A stretch of 64,000 bases of DNA from positions 24,156-88,155 of the forward strand of contig MU004203.1 in assembly GCA_010093605.1 (NCBI GenBank), given 5' to 3'. The position numbers and the translations under genes were made by a program. Each line of letters begins with the position of its first letter. The stretch's first letter is position 1. Source of the DNA: Lophium mytilinum. Taxonomy: Eukaryota. Under the pieces are notes generated by a model that was given only the letters and a program-made list of their open reading frames with translations, was not told the DNA's origin and made no database searches. Positions 61,476-64,000 of this stretch are shown here, piece by piece.

Positions 61476-63611
61476 AAAAGGGAGGCGTTGCATCTTTTGC
61501 ACAGCACGATGCTAGTATCTTGGGCGTGAGAATACCATGCTAGAAGTATGTCGGCGCGTTCAAAGTGTTTGATGCTGATCAAAACGCTCCAATCCATACC
61601 TTTCATAACAGTAAGACATAAGACTCTCCTAGGAGATAAAAGGTGCATATCCTATTTAAGTCACTTCGAGGGTGGGAAGTAAACTTGCTGACTACTCGAT
61701 ATTGTCAACGTGCTGCCATAAAGGTAGCACATCAAATTACTTCGGAATGTCGCGGTTTGGAAGGGTAGATGCATAAATGAAGACTGCATTCCCTTCGCTC
61801 CTTTCCCGTCTCTTATTCCGCATCGAGTATAAGGTGTCCACCTTCTTGCTGTAGCCAAGTTCTTAGCCATCTTTACAAAGCCAGGCAAAATCAATAAATC
61901 AGGATATACCTAACTAGAGCGATTCAGAGCCTTTCTATCGGCCCGTCCTTCCGTTGCCTAGGGCGCCAGGTTATTGAAAAAATCAAGGACAATGCTCCGA
62001 GTGATTGTATAGAAGAAAGTCGTCTTTACCTGGATACTGTCTATGATGTCGCTTTGGGGCCGCAAAGCCCGAGTTGACGAGACAACACCGAGCAGGCTAA
62101 CGTGATCGGCCTGAGTCTTGTTTCCATGGGAAAGGCCCGGCATCGCCGGCGACGCAGACCTTCCTGATTATCTTGCAGCTTGCCTGGGAGCAGAAACCTC
62201 TCAAGCTATCATTCTTGGGAAGCATCTTCACTGTCCACCGCTCAGAATATGGCCATCATTGGGGTAATAGAGCGGTATGTCTCGTGTAGTCCGTGCCAGG
62301 GACCATGCCAAACCTGCTGAGGGAGCTATTGCGCATGCGGCGGGTTGGCGGACTTCATTCGACAGCCGCCAGATGGCCTATAGTGCATATCTCCTCAACT
62401 GATGCCACAGTCGACTGCGCAGGATGGCGCCTCAGATGTCGGTATGAGGGCATCAAAGCAACCGGAAGTCTATGAGAGGTCTTATTCAGCATGTTTGAGC
62501 GACTCGTACAGCTTGCAGGGCGTGAGATCCGGCTTGAACACCTTGATGTTGCGATAACAAGGCGGGTGTCCTGGGCAGTGTCTTTATAGGTTGGGTATCT
62601 AAGGAAAGCATCACTTCGCCTCCAACGAAGGTCCAAGCATCGCGCGGTCGAAGAGGACTTGGGGGGAGGCCCGAGCAGAAGCCTTCATCTGCATGGGAAC
62701 TAGACGGGCAGCGGAGAGGGCGAAGGAGGAGGAAAGAATGGTTCTATGGCGGGCGGTCTCGATCCGGCTTGATGTGAAGGGCGGCGTGTAGGAGGGGACG
62801 GGCGTGAAGTGATGGAAATGGCACTCCCCGTAACTCATCGCATTCATCCTCCCGGTTTAGTGCGTAGGGTTTTTGGAAAGAGTGACGAGAGGAGTGGCGA
62901 ACGGGTTCGTGTAAGCGGTAGAGATGGGCCCGTAGAACGATGGCTGGTTTCATTGTCAGCGAGTCTCTTGTAAATTTGGCGTTGGGGAGGAGAGGACTTT
63001 TGTCAACTATGACCGTTACCATTTGGAATGGGTCGAACGTGATTTCCAGACTTCCGATGCAATCTACCGATGCGCTGTTCGTGATCGCTCCGGAATCATT
63101 GTCTTGGTAGCATCTATATCGAGAGTTTTGTGGATGATGCGCGCTGGTGACATGAGGTAATTCGCGCGAGAATTTGCCCGGGGTTTTGAATTTGGCTGAC
63201 GGAACAACCACCGACAAGAACGTACGGACCCTCATCATCGGAGCGTTCTAGAACTCAAAAGGACACTCTGGGTAGATCGCCAAAGGGAACATACAGATTG
63301 TAGACGAAGTGTCCGCTCTAAGTTCAGCGGCTTCACAAAGAATACCCAGACATCTGGGGAATGGGGGAGACGCTCTTACGTCATTGAGCCTTGTTGCTCA
63401 TGAGATGATCGCCTCAGCCATGGGGCTGGCTCTTTTTTTACAAGTCCTTGAAAAAGCTGAGCCGACATGCGCGACCGTCAGTGACCTGTTCTGAGGGTGA
63501 AGATATGCCGGAGTGTACAACATGTAGTGATTCAGTTTACAATGAAGACTGAACTGCCATCACCATGTGCGAAGCCTAGCAAAAAGAATCTGCGAAAAAT
63601 AAAGGGCTGCC

Positions 63612-63633
63612 GCTGGCGGGCTCGAACGCCAGC
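63612..63633 (-). promoter_or_regulatory. Downstream B-box hairpin of the U6 gene
   Basis: GCTGGCG-TTCGAGCC-CGCCAGC, ~20 nt past the T8 terminator. Confidence 0.8.
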
Positions 63634-63655
63634 TAGTGAAAGAAAAAGGGCAAAA

Positions 63656-63805
63656 AAAATTTTGAAGCTACTCTTTGATAAAGCGTGTCATCCTTAGTGC
63701 AGGGGCCATGCTAATCTGGAAGATGTTAGTTTTGAAGCTGAGTGTTGGGGGGTGGGGTGGTACACCTTCTCTGTGTTGTTTCAAATTGACCAAATGCCCG
63801 AAGGC
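63656..63805 (-). ncRNA. U6: U6 spliceosomal snRNA with a 50-nt spliceosomal intron (exons 63805-63766 and 63715-~63656)
   Basis: GCCTTCGGGC-ATTTGGTCAATTTGAAACAACACAGAGAAG | intron | ATTAGCATGGCCCCTGCACTAAGGATGACACGC...TTTTTTTT. Intron is GT..ACTAAC..CAG. TATATA at 63835-63830. Confidence 0.96.
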
Positions 63806-64000
63806 GAAGTGCGTTAAATTTATACCAAATATATAGGCTCTATTGGCGAAATTGCTTTCACATGTGACCAGCCACCAGCCACCAGCAACTAGACTACTAC
63901 GCCACACCGTCAATGTCACAGTTTCTCCGTATGTTCATCGGCGCTAATGTCTACATTATCGCATACTTGTTGTTCCTCCATCTCACCCAGCTTTTGTTGT

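Noticed and set aside
29800..63300. Starship giant transposon
   Set aside because: No DUF3435 recombinase, typical accessory genes or direct-repeat boundaries were recognised.

Overview
Genomic DNA of a filamentous ascomycete, inferred from RIP, GT..CTRAC..YAG introns and a fungal-type U6; the species cannot be determined. (1) 1-~17,050 is an AT-rich, RIP-destroyed block. It holds two related chromodomain-bearing Ty3/Gypsy LTR retrotransposons on the minus strand. One is complete (1958-10246, TSD GGCGT) and nested inside the other (<1-16165), and both have a Tf1-like self-priming PBS. (2) ~18.4-29.1 kb carries apparently intact genes: a stand-alone Pyr4/PaxB-family terpene cyclase, a RIB2-type deaminase, a DNAJC9-like J-protein and two tandem F-box-like paralogs. 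It also has an unidentified 74-nt putative Pol III RNA gene at ~24.1 kb. (3) ~29.8-63.3 kb is GC-balanced but mostly decayed genes, several killed by TAG/TAA stops (Gbp2-like fragment, C2H2-like frame, others). It also has several tandem arrays and one long intact orphan ORF. (4) An intron-containing U6 snRNA gene lies at ~63.7 kb. The most novel signal is the 24-kb RNA gene, which shares the U6 gene's TATA / A-box / TTTTGCCCTTTTT terminator / downstream B-box-hairpin architecture but matches no RNA class I recognise. All calls were made by eye; no database search or folding program was run.
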